A stretch of 64,000 nt of DNA, taken from positions 1,550,001 to 1,614,000 of the forward strand of contig JBLDXI010000015.1 of the NCBI GenBank assembly GCA_047495785.1. Direction: 5' to 3'. The DNA is from Lepidodermella squamata (lineage: Eukaryota; Animalia; Gastrotricha). The stretch's first letter is position 1; each line of letters starts with the position of its first letter. The position numbers were made by a program, and so were the translations under genes. Below the pieces are notes generated by a model that saw only the letters and a program-made list of their open reading frames with translations, searched no databases and was not told the origin of the DNA. Shown one piece after another: positions 26,054 through 40,300 of the stretch.

Positions 26054-29000
26054 ATGCGTAGTTTACACTTTTTACTGGCATCTTTCCTCGTGTTCAGAGT
26101 AGCTCATTTTTCTGTTCCGGTCAGTGATTTTTTCCCGTTTGGTCTCATCAATGGCGATCAGCGGCTTTACTTGGGCGATGACACTTTTTCCGAGCCGGTT
26201 CAACTTCGGGTATCATTTCCATTCGATCGAAACGTTGAGACTGTGATCTACGTCAATACGAACGGGGCGATTTCCTTCCAAAATGGGATCGATAAATACA
26301 CGCCAGAATGCCAAGCGCTCGATATGAAAACTCGAATGATCGCACCGTATTGGGCAGATGCGCACACGAATCAGGGTTTAGGCGGGGAGGTTTTCTACCG
26401 TCAAACGATGGAGACAGCTATGGTGAGAAAGGCTGCCCGGGACATAGTCACTGCCTTCCCTAATCTTTGGGGCATCAACATTCGGTGGCTCTTCATCGCT
26501 ACATGGTACGGAGTTACTTATTACGGAGCTAACGCTTGCTACACGTCGATGAGTGATCCAAACATCCCTAGAAACACTTTCCAAGCAACTTTGGCGACAG
26601 ATGGGACGTTTTCTTTTGTAATTTTTTACTACAACAATATTACGTGGACTTCAGGTACTGCTAGTGGAGGTGAGGAATGCAGTGGACTGAATGGTCTACC
26701 GGCAAGAATAGGATTCGATGCCGGAGATGGTCGTAATTTTTACGCACTACAAGGGTCGTGTACGGACGATATTGTCAAAGTTGTATCAACTTCAAACATG
26801 AACTCACCTGGAAAATGGCTGTTTCGCATTGATTCCGGAATTTCAACAGCTAAATGTGACAATAGGTACTCTTCGTCGTCTGAGGCCAGGAAGCAACTAC
26901 TCCGAATCTCGCCGACGTTTGTGGACGCTTTTGGCAACGTGCCAATAGTCATTACCGGACCTTGCTTCAATGTGACAGCCTCAGCTGCATGTGTTTTTCA
27001 TGACATTGTCAAAGGCCCTGTCTTTGTTAACGCATCGCTCTATTACGTTTATGATCCACCTCAAGCTTACTGCATGGTCCCATTCATGTACGGCACTGGA
27101 AGGGTTAACGTTGATCTCATCTTTTGGGAAGCAAGCAGTGACAACATAACGGCAAACTACTCAGGCTTCATCACTGTAGTTTGGGGTTCACCTAATGTTG
27201 ATGCCAAGATTTTACAAGGAGCCCCGGACCCTGCAATACTGAAATTCACTTGGAACCCAACTCTAGCTATGATGAACAATGCTACGACGGTTGACATCGA
27301 GATGATATGGTTCAACCTCATTTCAGAGAGTTGGGAACATTTGCTTTACCTTGGTAGGGCTGTGGAGAACAACGGAACTTATCAAACGAACGTAACGAGT
27401 CTTCCACCAGATTTTGACACCCTTCTTTTGAGCAGATCCGCCCTAGCTTTCAAGGTAGTCCCGACTTCCGGCAATATTGAAATAACGGGACGCAGTTTTA
27501 CGTCAGCAATTTTCTCACATCCCACTTGCGCCTCAATGGTCTATACTGTTGAAACGCTGGGTGAAACTTGCGACCGATGGCATGCTTATCACAGCGACGG
27601 TAAGCCTAAAGGCCTAATACCATGTCCACCCTACCTTCGACAGGCCGAAATCGACCCGAATTTCGAAGATCCAGGCTGGACACTAGAATGGCTAAGATGG
27701 TTTAGACCCGGAGCATTTGCAGCTTTCAGATCTCGCACTCCAAATTCCTACGACGCGGGGCAGGAGTGCACTTACGCTGAGGATGGGACCCTGTTAGTTG
27801 GCCCGCCTAGCGGAGGTGCGTCGAACATGGTTAGCCCGTTACGATCGGAGTGGAGGCATTGGAAATTTGACATAGTGCCTTGGTGCAATTGCTGTAGAAA
27901 CAGGAGCGATACGGAGCGATGCGCCAAGTTCTATGAAAGAAGACCTTCGGATGATGGTTCGAAATACAAGCCACCGAGGATAGCTCTCATCAATGGGGAT
28001 CCTCATATCAAGGTAAAAGTCACCTTAATAATTTGAGTATTTTGCTGAATATTCAGTCTATTTCCAGACTTTCGATAACCTGCAGTACACATTTAACGGA
28101 GCCGGAGAGTTCTGGCTCGTCAAATCTCGGGATGAAAACGGACTTATGATGCAAGCTAGAATGCAACAAGCTGTTAACGTGACCGGCGCTACAGTTTTCA
28201 CAGCTTTTGTGCTGAGATACAGCAACACGACTGTGCAAGTACAGCGATCGCAAGCTTATGCAGTCGATGTTATAGTCGACGGCCACCGCGTTGAGTTAGA
28301 GAAACGGCAACTCAAATCCTTGAGTTTCAATTCAGTCGCAATAACAGCGGTAAACGAGGACTTATCTCTCATTGATGTTTCGCTTTCGTCCGGAGTAGGT
28401 TTCAAGATAATTACCGGCCAAAGCGCGATGGCTGTAATGCCATCGGTCCACCATCGCGTGGAACCTGGCTCATTTTCCGGACTTCTAGGCAACATGGACG
28501 ATGATCCTGCAAATGATCTCGAATTGCCTGATGGTCGAAAGCTGCCAATATCTTCTCCAGGCTCGCTGATCCATTGGGAGTTTGGGATGAAGTGGATGGT
28601 TAGCCGAAATGAGACTCTTTTTCTTTATTCATACGGATCGACATACGACTCGCTTTCTGATCCTGAATTCCAACCTGCAATGTTCGACATCGATCCCTCA
28701 ACCCTTCCACAGGAGGCTAACGAAATTTGCAAAGGTTCGCGAGAATGCATGTATGACTACGTTGCGAGTCAAGGAGATCTTGAGTTCGCCAACCAAACTA
28801 TTTCAGTTCTCGAGGCTCATGATGAAACAGTTTTAGACCTACACGTTCGTTACCCAATCTGTCCACCTCTCGAGCCGCCCCTTCACGGCTCAATCGACGC
28901 ACCTAGGCGGCAATACCCAGGTAGCGTAGCTAAGTTCCTATGTGACAAGGGGCACGTAAGAATCGGGCCGGAATTCGCTCTCTGTGATAATAACACCATG

Positions 29001-29474
29001 CAATGGGACTCACTACCCCCATACTGCGTCGCATACTGTTTAGCCGTGACTGCCCCGGCGAATGGCAATATTCGCATCGTGAAATCAAAGCGGCAATACA
29101 ACCCAAATTACGTTGGTGAGCTGGAAACGTTGAATATTGACATCTTTCTGGTCGATACAATCGCGCGGTTCAACTGCGATCCTGGTTTCTGGCTGAAGGG
29201 TAAGCATACCATATTTTGTCAAGCCAACTCGACGTGGAGTGACTGCCCGCCAACTTGCGAGAAGAGACTCATGACTTCCGATAACTCGAAAGCGAACTTG
29301 GTCACGAAGCCCGCTTGTTTAACTCTATCTCCGTTTGCTTTCACCAGCCCGATAAGGCGCAGACTCACAGTCGCGAATCTCACAATGAAAGCGGTTTTTT
29401 GGAATTCTTGTGCTACGCTACTTCATAGCTCATACAACATTTTGCTTGTCTTTGGAATAAACGCCATTTTTTGA
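26054..29474 (+). CDS. NIDO-(IPT)-AMOP-VWD-Sushi x2 extracellular protein (Mesh/SUSD2/MUC4-like), ~1121 aa, 2 exons
   Basis: Exons 26054-28012 and 28068-29474. Signal peptide; NIDO (IAPYWAD, FIATW, NTFQATLATDG, PGKWLFRID); AMOP (PCPP, GQECTYAEDGTL, DIVPWCNCC, FYERRPSDDG); VWD (GDPHIK|TFDNLQYTFNGAGEF, GLLGNMD); two CCP modules; hydrophobic C-terminus (possible GPI signal). Confidence 0.9.
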
Positions 29475-29643
29475 TATCTTCATCTTTATTATGTTTCCTA
29501 TTTATAAAGATTATTTGCACCGGGCGTCAGCAGTTCCTATGGTATAATTACATACTTACAGTGATTGGAATGAAAGATTCAGAGGCTCTCAGGCGAAACA
29601 AACGTTCCTTTGCGGCATTGCTGGCACGAAATTCCGGCTGTCA

Positions 29644-32600
29644 TTAGGCGCGACCTTTGGCTTGCTGCGAACTTGAGCTTACAACGAAGTCGAAAGTTCT
29701 GACTATGTATCGGCGGCCGAAAAATGGAAAAGGTAAACTGAGACGGCCGTTGCGGAGTCGCAAGCCTATGAGTATCAGCCCAATGATCATTGCATACGGA
29801 AGACACTGATAAAAGAAAGGGCCGAATGGAAGAACAGCCAAGATAATCGAGTATCGGTATGGGTGAAGATGTCTGTGGTGGTGAGAGCCGAGTTCATAGT
29901 CATAAACAACGTATTGAGCCATCATTCCTCGATTGGCGTGCTCCAAAACTAGCAAAACATAAATTCAGGTGGGCAATTACTTGGAACTCAGAGAAACTCA
30001 CCATGGCAATGAATCGGCCAAACTCCTGGTGCGATCGGCTGCATTCGACCAGCAACTGCTAAACCTGTAATAGACTGCCCAGGAAATACTGTTACGGTAT
30101 CCACAACACGCGGTGTGTCTCGACTCGCGAAATCAATGTAACCAAACGCAGATCCGTGGTAATGAACTGTGTGAATGTCGCTATAATCCCCGACAGAAAA
30201 CATGAACCAGTCAACAGATTCATTCGCGTAGATAGCAAAGCCCGGCTCATCTAAAACTCCATTTAATCTACCATTGACTGTGTCGAAAATGAAAGGCCGC
30301 ACAGGCGATTCAAGTTCGTCTGTTGTCAACTGATTTTCGGTGGCTAAACTGCTGCGACTTTCGTCCAATCTAGCGTAGACTGAGAACAGCCTTCTAACTG
30401 GTGATTTTGAGTTCTGCGAAGGGCAAATCAAGAGAGGGCCGAGAAGGCCTGCGTAGAGATCTCCGGCTTTGTCATGCCCAGATGTGTACAGAGTGGCGAC
30501 ACAATCCGGGAAATACTGACTGGGGCGCTTTGCGAATTGCCAATTCGAGGGTAGACGCCATACAAAGGTGGCTGATTTCCCAGGCTCGATACAACCATCG
30601 CTACGAGCTTCGCCCTCGACCAGCTTTGACATCACCCCTGCTCCCGGGTTAATCGCCACTGGTTTTTGAGCTGTGTTAGTCAGCTGAACTCGGACCGGAC
30701 TGTCAGGGGTAATGACTACCACAGGCCCTAATAGAGTAAGATGAGCTTCATCACCAGCATGATTGCCAGAATCGGGTCGATACACAATTTTACGGTAAAT
30801 GTGTCTCCTGGATGCTAAAACTGGGTCTAGGGCTCCTCCGTGATGATGATGTGCCATGTGGCCATGATTATGGTCGCCGCTAGGAGCTTTCCCCTTATAG
30901 TCCCATTCAACTTCAACTGCTTTTATGTGATAACTTGGCATTTCGAGATCTTTAGAGATTTTAGCCGTTTTTCCATTCCAAAATTTAGAATCCGTCGAAA
31001 AAGTTGCTTTCATGCCTTTGCTGTGGTGACCGGTTAACTGGCAATAAACCATCCATTTCTCAAGCCCAGCGTCTTTCTGTGGACCGACAGAGCCTCCATT
31101 CACATCCATGGATACGGCGTGGCCTGAGCCGTGGAGAACTATGGTGGAGCCAGGAATCAATGAGCGTTCATCTCTAGTTTCAGCATAAATTGGGTTCCGC
31201 CGACCCTCATCACTGAAGGTTATTGAATGCTGGAAAATAATTGGTCTGCCCGGAAGTGGCGGGAATGCGAGGAAGTACCAATTGACAATGCCGCTTTTCC
31301 CAATCACGCCGAAATTGGCTGTCTCGTCACAAAATCCGTTGAAAGTGTGATAGACCTTTTGAGTCCCATCCTTCAGAACAAGATCGTTCTTATGAGCTAG
31401 CCAAGATAGAGATTCATCGAGAACGATGGGAGCTAGAACTAACGACTTCGCTTCTCTTGCTTGTTCAAGTTTATCTAAATCCTCGCAGACAATGATTGGT
31501 CCAAAAAGCCCAGTATCAAAAGAAGGCGACGACTGGACTGATGTGAAAGACTTCAGTTCCGCCGAGTAGGTAAACGGCCGACAAGGGGAATCAAACTCCG
31601 TACCAATGCTGGACGGTTTTACGCTGAAAACGTAGGTGATTGTCGCGTACTCTTCTGACGAAAATTCACTTCTTGAGTCCAACTTGATAATACTTGGCAT
31701 CTTAAGATCAATCCACCCGCTGAGATCAGCCATAAGCTGCTGAGGAATTGTTAGATTCACAACGAGAGATTCTGAAGCTGAAGCCCAAAGGATGGGCCCA
31801 ACTAATCCGGAGCCATTCATAAGCGGTTTCCCATCGGTGAACATGAGCTTTCTGAAGGTCGTAGATTTATGATGCTTCCCGCCAGAATACTTCCAATGAA
31901 CTTCAGCAATAGACAGTTCATAGTTCAATTTGGGAGTGTCGGAAGGGGAATCGGAGGCAGCATCGACACAGTCGCTAAGCTCTCGAGGAAACAGCGATAC
32001 AGACATTCCTAGAAAGTAAACGCGAATTTAGCGATTAATATTGAAGATTTCGGTCATAGCTCACCAGATTTAGTAAGGTGCTGATCCTCGCTCTGTAGAC
32101 TGCATTTCACATCACCTCTTTCTATAAAACGAATTATTTCTGATGTCGGGAATGAAACCGTCCTAAAACCCGCCGAGTACAACGAGAGGGTATCAGTTAG
32201 AGATCTGCCGTTTGTCATCATAATACCGCAACTTGTCGAGAGAAGGTGAAAGTCACTCGACCCTCCGATGGAAAAGGCATTCAGGTAAACTTTTGGCACA
32301 GATCCAAAATTACTGCAAGTCAACTGGTTTGCTAACGAAATCGAACTTCCACTGCTTCCACTGGAAGTGATTCCGTTGATGGATGGGAAAAGAAACAGCT
32401 GCCTATAAACTGCATGATTCTCAGTTTTGTAGATGCTTTCACGCTCATTGAAAGTTTTAGCGATAGCAAACGCAAGCAGCTCACCAGTTTGAAGTCTGTA
32501 GTCGTTCAAGTTAGGCGGAGCAACATTTCGCTTGCAGATTACGATTGGCCCGACGAGGCCAGCCTCAATTTCGGCAGAAAGCGAACTCAAACCGCTGTGA

Positions 32601-33136
32601 TAAGCGCCGAGAATGCATGGCTCTTCCGTGCTCTTCGGACCGTCATTCTCGCGAACATGCCACTCGTAGTGATACTCGCCGCCATTAGCTGCGATACCAG
32701 GCCCTTCGTCAGGGTCGAATCTTACTAGATGAGGATGGATGTTGAAGTCGAATCTTGCAAAGTTCTTGCAGTAGATGTGGATACGATCCCCAGGGCTAGC
32801 TAGAATCATCGGACCGATGAGCCCCAGCTCATGAGGGTGGTCTAATAACTTCGAAAAGGTTGCGTCTGAGAAAAGGCGATACACTGCCTTAACGAAGGTT
32901 TTGTTAAGACTATCGGCCGAGCGCTTATGATGGTGGTGGTGATGATTGTGATGCTCGTGCCCAGTCATCTGTGCTGATGTTTTTGGTAAGGATTCGACAT
33001 CTAGGGGCTTATAGGTGGATGTATCGTAATCCCATGCCACCTCAATAATGCCGATATAGTACGATCGATCATGTTCGCAGGTGGAAAGATGCAGAGTCAG
33101 GCTGAACAGTAAGACGGGGATAAGGTGAGATCTCAT
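29644..33136 (-). CDS. Six-domain multicopper oxidase, hephaestin-like, membrane-anchored (MCO-1), ~1127 aa, 3 exons
   Basis: Exons 33136-32065, 32008-30002, 29948-29644. Signal peptide; YYIGIIEVAWDY; IHPH; three GLxGPxxxC motifs; domain 4 CQLTGHHSKGM; domain 6 HTVHYHG and HCHVLEHANRGMM; C-terminal hydrophobic segment followed by a basic tail. Confidence 0.9.
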
Positions 33137-36100
33137 TGTTAAGCTTGAAACAGATTTCTGGCGAAAAGCCGACATTTCATTTTTTAAGGTGCGCGAAACT
33201 TCTATGAACAATAAACAGACAGAAAAAACACCGGTCGTTATGTGTAAAAAACGCCACTCCCTGATCCTGTGGCCGCGAAAACAATGAATGCACGTGGAAA
33301 TCTGGGCGCGAGAAAAAAGGAAAAAGCGGCAAAGAAACAAAGGCGCACGCAAATGTGAATGCGTCGCCATTTTTACACCGAGAAAACAATTGTGATATAC
33401 GAATACGTATAATATATATTACGGCTTGTTTGAACGCGCGCCCGTAATGATCACGAGCGCGCAAATAATTTGCACTTTCCTCATACTTTAGGTGGTGGGC
33501 AGAGTCCGTCTATGGTTAGATTATAGGCTGAAAGTGTGCTGCTATATGCTGTTTACCCCAGGTAGAAATGAACACGTGTAAATACTAACATATATATTGT
33601 ATATCTCTGCATATTATCATGTGCAACTTACATTAAATACGTTTGCATGCGGGCAGAAAATGCTTTGGTTTACTAAGTATGTATAGGTGAGACATCTCCA
33701 GTTTGCGTGCAAGCGCTATCGAAAGCCTAATTTCGCTCAATTTAGCTTCATGTGTCATTAGCAACCGCAAATATATCTCTTGACTCGCGATTTTCAAATA
33801 TGCAAGAAAATTGTGATTGCGCGAATCTGAAAACAAAACGAATGGCCAGCAAAAACACCTGGGAGACAAATAATTGTCTGCTCTTAATTGAGATATAGTT
33901 CAGCGAAAATTGCAATGCCGAGTCGATGCATCCCGTCATATCAAGCTTACAGATGGGGTAAATTTGAGAATGAAGTTGATGGAAATGCCAAGTTTTGTCC
34001 CAATATTTTGAGCATTTGGTCGATTTTCACTATTTCCAACTTTGATACGAGTTGTACTCACGGTTTGGTTGTTAGAGTTTAGGGTTATTTTGATTATTAG
34101 GTAGGTATGCTATTAAGTATTACAACAATCTGGGCAAAGCTGGTGTAAAACCTTTGAAATCTGTCGAATAATATTCTATGAAATTGAAAATTAGAAATGA
34201 GACAGAAAAAAACTGTGAATGTCTGAGTGCCAAATCCCATCTCTATCGAATTCAAAAAGGTAACACCTATGATCTCAGTTGACATTCGAAAGCTCAAAAA
34301 AAGCGAGCGATTTGGGATCTTCATAATATCCAACCTTGAGTCTATCTTTAACATGTGGCGAACTATTCGTGTTTCGCCGCTTACGTGGGAACTTATTGTA
34401 CAAATACACGATGGTGGCGCCGGGAGAGCGTCGATTCACCTGCTTGTGGCGCCAATAGGCCTTTCGTGAAAACGGAGATAGAAAATACCAAAAATTAATT
34501 AAAACTATATGTACTATTGCAAGACTATTGCGGCAATAATACGGTTGGGTAATTCTCTCCGAAATCGAGTCATCAATCGTCTTGAATTAGTAAGATTTTA
34601 TGCCCCAATTTTGCATGAGACGTAGCTAGGACGCCGCAGCTGGGCTTTTTACGAGAAAAAAGTGAAATGAGAGATAATGAGGTCGAAGGTCGCGTTTTGA
34701 AAATAATGAGATGAATCATCTCATTATCTTTTGGCGCCAGATGTTGTGATGAAACTGCTGATTTCGAGAAAAAAGAGAGTCTTTCATACGCCGTAAGTGC
34801 TAATTTGCAAGTGAAACGATGATAAAAATGCCACGATCGAAAAGATGAAACCATAGATCAATTTTAGAAAATCATGATTTTTATTGCTTTGGTAAATATT
34901 TTCACTATCACAAGGGTAAAGCTGAGCAAATCGGACGAAAATCGTCAAAAATAAAACGGAAAATAATTAGTCTTTTTTGAATTGCTTTAGACTTGAACGC
35001 AGTGATAAGGAGGATGCTCCAAATTTTTCGCGATAAAATCTCACGGTTCTTCGTGCCAAGATGTATTTGAGGCGGCACAAAGTCGGGAGAATGATCGATT
35101 TTTCTTTGATTTTGTTCAACTCGCCGCCCATACGATTTGCCACATCGTCCAGCTTTTTGAAAGTAATCAAATCTTCACGGTACTTTGCTGAAAGAGCCAC
35201 CTTAATGATGGCCACACCGTCGCCGTTCGGCTGGGTGGCACCCATGATGCCAATTTTCCCAGGCAAAAGACTGGTAATTTAGCAAAGTAAATTGACCAGT
35301 CGAAGTTTGACGATAGTAAATTCAATAGCAGGCTGTCATCCAATAACTCCAGACGAGAGTTTGCAAGGACAATTGCCATGACAATTGCCACGAATTGCAA
35401 GGAGCCCTCTCATTCTTGAATCTTCTTCAGTTCCAACTTCAATAAATTTCCTTCTAAACTGAAAATAGGACCAGGTAAAATTGAAAAATCCGACAGAAGC
35501 TCCCGCCTACAGAACATTTTCCATCAAAAAATTTCAAGTAAATAAATTGATAAAAAATATAATTAAATCCAATTTTAACGTGACCAGGGCCAAGTTCAGG
35601 TCCATTCCAGCTCGCTCTATCAATTTAGATGGTGAAAAATGAAGCCCAGCAGAGGAACAAAGTGAACTGGAACTTGTCAATTAGGTCAACTTCGGTTCAA
35701 GAATGATTACCAGAATCCATTGATAAATCACTAGATTCTTTCAAGAAAGTCGTCGGTAAAAGTGCCAGTAACATCAGCTACGGTAAGAATGGCAAAGGCC
35801 GGTGATTTTGACCAAAACTTGTATAAGAACCAGCCATGTAACACCCGGGTCGAAATTTACACCAGTCAGCCTTAAAAGAGGCTTTATTACGCTCGGATTT
35901 CGAGTAGAAAAAGACGAAAATTATTGTACTAAAACTAAGACTTTTACTCAAGCTGTGTTCTCTCTTCAAGTTGCGCAACATACATAAAATTTTCGCATTT
36001 TAATGAAAATTGAATCGTTTCCTGGATTTTAATCAGGAAATCCTGAAAAACTGTATCCAGCCTAGACCTTTCCGTGGCTTATTCAGAAACTTCGAAATCT

Positions 36101-37315
36101 TCTCCGAGGCTGGAACCTGGATCCAGCTTGGTAACTATGGAACCGGAACATTTCTTCTCCTTTTTGAAATTGACCCCGCTTCAATTTATAAAAATTTCAG
36201 GGATTATTCAATTTTCTTTTCTTTTTAAACCCTGAAATTTTAATTTTTAGAGTATAAGAATATTCTTGAATATTCATGCATGAGACCAGCATGACACCCC
36301 CGTTTGCATGGCGGGGTTCAAGCTGCGGCGTCCTACCTACGTCTCATGCAATTTTGCTATACTCCGAAATTCGCAAATTCGCGATGGTCAAGGGGTGCCG
36401 AGAATTTCTTGTGGTCACTGGTGACTGGCCACCAAAATTCGGGAAAATGGCCTAATTACGATGGAATGTCCCAAAATATAGCAATTTATACAGCCAACTT
36501 ATACAACCGGAAAAACGTTTTCTAATGCTCTGATCAGCGGATTCCAGGTTTTCGAGGGTGCTGAGCATTTTGGGTGAAAAGTTGATGAGTCATCAGTCGA
36601 TTTCAGAAATGAAATTACCCAGCTTCACTGTAATAACATGTGACATATGCCTAGAAATTCGTTATATATGAGCTCGATTCATAACATCCGTCGCCGATAG
36701 AAACAGCGTGAAGTCTTATCGATTCGCGCCGTCAACTTACGCGTCACGGAAAGCCGGCGTAAACAATAATATTAAGGCGATAATTTCGCAGCAATACTTC
36801 TCAATAATTTGCCACCGCCTAAAAGCGGAAATTCTCCAGGCTGAAAAATTACACACGATGAAATGGGAAAATACACGTGTTTTTATTTATCCATTTATAT
36901 AATAGTGTTAACAATATTTGAGTAAAATATTTTTCAAAAAGCAAATTTTTTCAAAAATTATGCACGATATAGCCACAACGAAGAATTAAAACTGGGCAGA
37001 TCATTTCAGCTTCAGCGAAGAGAAAGCAGCGTCTTTTTGCGCCGGTGCGGCAGTCAATAATTTTTTCAACAAGACTACAGGAAAAAACCTCAAAAAAACA
37101 AAAACGCATACCTGTGACGTAAATGTGCAAATAAATTTCACGCGGTGAAATTCTACAGAAACTACGCAATTTTTCAATTTCTATACATTTTTCAGATCGT
37201 CGCACAACCACGGGGAAAACACAAGCGAATAAAATTCAGATATATATAATTGTTTCAAATCAGATCGAGTCATAAATGTTTGTTTCCCATTGCAATAAGT
37301 ATATAAATGAGTAGA

Positions 37316-40300
37316 TCACTTGGCAATGCCGGCAGATTTTGCCATTTTGTAAAATTCAGACGATTGATTGGCTAGAAGATTAGCTGGAGTGTCGTATTCA
37401 AGCAGCTGCCCGTTCGACAGAACCAATATTCTGAAAAATACAAATAATATTAATCGATTTAAACTTCAACTTTTTATCAATTTTGGCCCTGCATAAATTT
37501 AGGAATATTTTTTCCAAAAATTAATTTTCAACTTAATATTCTGACATCAATAACGGCGAGTCGCATCTTCCCGCGCTATTACATCAGCAGTTCAATTTAG
37601 TGAAAAGATAAAAATAGATCAGGCTACGGAAGCCACATGTAGCGGTCATATTATTAGAAAACTGCCACGAAAATGGCCCACAAAATTTAAGCGCGATAAA
37701 AGATATCAACTTTTTAAAAATTTCGAAAAAAGTGAAATCAAAGATATTTTCGAATTGAGCGAGAAGGACGTTATGATTTGAATGCTCTTCAATTTTCCCA
37801 ATACCAGCAAAATTATTGGGACGATAAAAAATTACGAATCAAGCTTTGGTACGAAATTCGTAAAAAAAAATATCTCGGCATATTATAATAAAAATTACCA
37901 GCTATTTTAGAAGAGCCGTGGAAGATCTTGGAAATTTAAACTTTTAAATACTTAATTTAATACACAATTTTCTTGTCGTTTTTGCTATCAGATATTCTCA
38001 TGGAAAAAAATTAATAATTGAGAAATTAATTAGGTCATTAAAAAAATCCTACATTCCGATGAATATATAATGAATCTAGCGAATTTCGGGCAATTAAAGA
38101 AAATTGCTGTAATAGCAAATTGCCGCAAAAATCACTAAAAAATCGAGTTGGTAAAGTAATAAAAAAGTGTTCATACTTGTCATAGCTGATAACTGTATCG
38201 AGCCGATGCGCAATTGTCATAACAGTCGAATCGGCGAATTCGCGATGCACCATATCCGTAATAATGCGATCCGTATTCACATCAACTGCCGCTGTCGCTT
38301 CATCCATCAGCAAAATATGCGCATGAACTTCGCCGTTTTCGTTCTTCTTCGGCCGCCTCAGCAACGCCCTGGCCATACAAACGAGCTGCCGCTGCCCGGC
38401 CGACAAATTGTCGCCATTCTCCGCAATCGTCATGTCTAGGCCCTTCGAATCAGCGTCGATAAACGGCTTCAAATTCGCCAATTCCAACGCCTTCATCAAC
38501 TCCTCACTCGAATGCTCGTCGAACGGGTCGAGATTGAACCGCAACGTGCCGGAAAATAGCGTCGAATCTTGCGGAATCGGGGTAACAGCCCGGCGTAACG
38601 TGTGAACCCCGATCGACTTCAAATCAATGCCATCGATCGAAATTCGCCCCGAGCTGATTTCAACGAGCCGCAGCAACGCGACGCTCAGGCTGGACTTGCC
38701 AGCCCCGGTTCGGCCGACAATGCCAACCTTCTCCCTGGGCCGAATCGTGAAACTCAACCCGCGTAACGCCGGGTCTAAGCCCTCGCGATATCGTAGCACG
38801 ACGTTTTCAAACACGATTTCACCCGTTTTCGGCCAACTCTTCAACTGAGGCGATAGATCTATAGCCGGGATAGTCCAGTCACCCTCCCTCGGGGTCGTCA
38901 TATATTCATCGATTCGCTCAACCGCGACGATGTTAGTTTCAACCTCCGACGACTGTCTCGCCATCCAGGTTAAAATCGTGGACACGGACAGCGCGTAGGA
39001 TAGCGCGAGGCCAATAGCACCCGGGTCCAGCTCGTCCCGCCTTAAAACGCCGAATAACGCCGTCGCGAAGACAATCAACGAGCCGAGAAGTTCCATACGA
39101 ACCGACAGCCATCGATTGCCCATCTGCGTGGCATAGGTCGCCATTTGACTCTCGTCCAGACTCTTCAAAAACGAGTTGTTGAACGTCTCCTGCTTACCAA
39201 ACGCTCGGATTGTCGAGACGCCGGTGATAGTCTCGGAGAACTGCGAGAAAAGCGGCGATCTCGCGACTGATTCAATGCGCCGGATTTGCCGCATTGACGA
39301 CACGAAAACTCGCTGGACGAAGATATAAACTGCCAGTAACGGCAGGCCGACTGATAGAAAAATCGGTAGTTTGATCGAAATGATGATAAAAGTCGCGCAA
39401 ACTGTTAGGAAAAGCGACAGAAAACCCATAATTGTCTCGCGTAGAGTTGAATCGACGACTTCGATATCCTTCGAGAATCGATTCACGATACGCCCGATTG
39501 GGGTTGATTCGAAAAACAGCATCGATGTGTGGGCTATGTTGTCTAGCAAACGATTGTGCAGGCCAACAGCGGCTCGGAGAGACGAAAAAGCGACTACAAT
39601 CGTCGACAACATCATGGCGACCATTTGGCCTGTATACAACAGGGACAAAATCGTGAAATTTTCCGCTTTCCGAGGTAGAGCTTCGGTCGCGTTTTTCGCA
39701 ACGGCATCTGTCCAATTTGCGAGGTAGTTCTGGGCCCCGACTGATAGAACGTAGGATAGGACGAGGAATAGGAACATGATAATGACGAAAAATGCGCCGA
39801 GGGCCTTGGCGTAGCTTGAGAAAATTGACATTTTCACGCGGCCTTCTTTGATTTCTTCCGCCTCGGTGATTCGCTGGTTCTTCTTCTTCTTCGCATCATC
39901 TTTTTCTGGTTCTTTGGTTTCGCCTGAAAAATGAAGAAAATTAAAAAAATAATCATTTTGATATATTCTAGTTGTATATTATAGCATTTCTGAGTACTTG
40001 AGCAAATAAATTCTACGATGCGCCGCATGTCCTAGAGTGAATTTTTTGGATTATACTTGTGGACCTTTGTAGAAAGGGTGTTTGCTGTTTGCGAGTAATA
40101 AATAAATTGCACTAGAAATTAGTCGAGCAATTTTAGTTCTAAAAAAACTTGAAATATTGAAACAATGCTCACCCATCTACACTGATAAAAACAGAATAAA
40201 AGCTTAATACTAGGAAAATAATTTTAAAATCAAATTCAATTTTTTTAAATGCTCCTTCTCGTAAATTTTCAATGAAACCAACAGTGCGTAAAACTTGAGT

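Noticed and set aside
33137-33370. 78-aa N-terminal extension of MCO-1 in the ORF track (also the extension upstream of 52486 for the Kunitz gene)
   Set aside because: Signal peptides and paralog alignment indicate the downstream ATGs (33136, 52486).
34967-35460. Exon-like minus-strand segment between TTTTCAG and GTGAG with 99- and 77-aa ORFs
   Set aside because: Stops in every frame and no recognisable family; possibly a pseudo-exon but not supportable.
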